Shown piece by piece: positions 27,075 through 28,374 of a stretch of DNA of 28,374 nucleotides. Every line of letters begins with the position of its first letter. The stretch's first letter is position 1. The stretch is from a bacterium. Its GTDB lineage: Bacteria; JAMCPX01. The notes beneath the pieces were generated by a model. It was given only the letters and a program-made list of their open reading frames with translations. It searched no databases and was not told the DNA's origin. Location of the stretch: the NCBI GenBank assembly GCA_037439545.1, contig JBBIVV010000006.1:1-28374 (forward strand). Reading direction: 5' to 3'. The translations under genes were made by a program, and so were the position numbers.

Positions 27075-28374
27075 ATGAATAGAGCGTTCCTGCTACTGTC
27101 TTTATTATCTATCGTTTTTACGCCGGTCAATGGGTCCGCTGATAACGGCACAGAATCCACGCTATCAAAGGCGGTTGTTCTTTTATATCAGAATAAAACA
27201 AAACAATCCATTGAGCTCCTGAAGCAGGTACTCACCGTCTCGCCGGACAATCCGGATGCGCTCTACTACATTTCGAAAGCTTATCTGCTGGATAATAAGC
27301 CGGAACTCGCATTGAAAGAGGTATCCTTGATACAGGGTACCGCTCCTTCGTATGGACAGGCATACCTGCTGAAAGGCATTATCCTTTACCGGTTAAAACG
27401 ATATGATGAAGCAATCGGTAATTTTACAAAGTCCGTCCAGACCGATGCCTCCCTGTCTGCACCTTCCGGATACTGGACCGGGCTCACCTACCAGTCTGCC
27501 GGGGACTATAAAGGTGCGAAAAACGCTTACCATGCTGTCATAGAGTCCGCACCTCATTCAAATGAGGCGGCACTGTGCAAAGAAAGGTTAAGGGAATTGT
27601 CTCACAGCATTGCAACGCGCCTGTTTTACAATGCGAGCGCTTCTACGGGTGTACAGTATGATTCCAACGTCGTGGACCAGCCGACCACACTCCCTTCCAA
27701 CAAATCAGACGAAAGATGGGTCGCGGACGCCCGCGCGGACCTCGACTACAGACCGGGGGTGTTGTCGGTAAAAACGGGACTGGAGCTGAACGCCGGTATC
27801 AATACAAGACTGCATGAATTCGACACAAAATCCGTCCTTTTCTCTCTCCAGCCATATAAGGAGGCCGGCAGATTTTTGCTTTCCCTGACAGGTAACGCCT
27901 CCTACATGGTGTTCGGAAAGTATCCGTACGTCTCCGAAGAGGACGTCATCCCGGAGGTAACGATCCATCTTCCTTATAAGATGGGGACCGATGTATACGC
28001 AAAACTAAGCCAGCTTGATTTCCTCGATCAGGCAAAGCAACTGACCGTCGGTAGATCGACCGCGCCGTTCGGTGACATTACCGTCGGTCTGGACCTGGGG
28101 AAAGATTTTGCATCCGGATATTTAAAAGGAGGGTACGGGTATGAGACGTATGACGCAAGAGGCGCTGCCGGGGATATATGGGACAGCTTGACGCAGCATG
28201 TTACTCTTTGCGGAGGAATACGTATCATCACGAAGCTGTTTCTGAACATAAAACTGCACTACGCAGACACCGTCTACCCCAACCAGCCGGTCACACCGCA
28301 GAGGCACGACAGGACAGCATCATCCGGGGCAGACCTCTCCTATCAGTTTATCGACACATGGTACGTAAGCCTGT
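27075..28374 (+). CDS. Signal peptide + TPR + outer-membrane beta-barrel protein (Slam/DUF560-like architecture), 3'-partial
   Basis: AGGAG SD, ATG 27075, open frame to the window end (hand translated); MNRAFLLLSLLSIVF signal; TPRs PDNPDALYYISKAY, QAYLLKGIILY, GYWTGLTYQ; barrel start STGVQYDSNV. Confidence 0.85.
   Translation, partial: MNRAFLLLSLLSIVFTPVNGSADNGTESTLSKAVVLLYQNKTKQSIELLKQVLTVSPDNPDALYYISKAYLLDNKPELALKEVSLIQGTAPSYGQAYLLKGIILYRLKRYDEAIGNFTKSVQTDASLSAPSGYWTGLTYQSAGDYKGAKNAYHAVIESAPHSNEAALCKERLRELSHSIATRLFYNASASTGVQYDSNVVDQPTTLPSNKSDERWVADARADLDYRPGVLSVKTGLELNAGINTRLHEFDTKSVLFSLQPYKEAGRFLLSLTGNASYMVFGKYPYVSEEDVIPEVTIHLPYKMGTDVYAKLSQLDFLDQAKQLTVGRSTAPFGDITVGLDLGKDFASGYLKGGYGYETYDARGAAGDIWDSLTQHVTLCGGIRIITKLFLNIKLHYADTVYPNQPVTPQRHDRTASSGADLSYQFIDTWYVSL

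Noticed and set aside
27705..28307. Three short minus-strand ORFs at the right end
   Set aside because: They are antisense to the long plus-strand TPR-barrel frame starting at 27075

Overview
A 28.4 kb bacterial chromosomal window, most likely from an anaerobic deltaproteobacteria-like lineage (inferred from AhbD, a DUF4388-DnaJ-TPR protein, a PEGA kinase and DUF465 next to ilv genes). About 27 CDSs, mostly on the minus strand: NUDIX and AMMECR1; a membrane Ser/Thr kinase coupled to a secreted 3xLysM protein; DUF465-ilvD-ilvB-ilvN-ilvC; hemB-ahbD-DUF4177-RDD-plsC-plsC; a four-gene glycosylation cassette; yggS-proC; an ArsA/Get3-like ATPase with partner, J-protein and def; coaE, a fused CoA-transferase and an outer-membrane barrel; a 262 bp internally deleted IS; and a TPR plus beta-barrel gene that runs off the right edge and is missing from the ORF track. 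Most notable: (1) an Arn-like amino-sugar pathway ending in a TMTC-type GT-C/TPR protein, a candidate protein glycosylation system; (2) a Get3-alpha-crystallin ATPase coupled to a partner ending in an sHSP-like IxI tail; (3) a split LysM plus kinase module; (4) a recurring leaderless promoter geometry (-10, 6 nt, ATG), including a leaderless 5-codon uORF before ahbD. No rRNA, tRNA or CRISPR array was seen. All family calls come from motif recognition by eye, not database searches.
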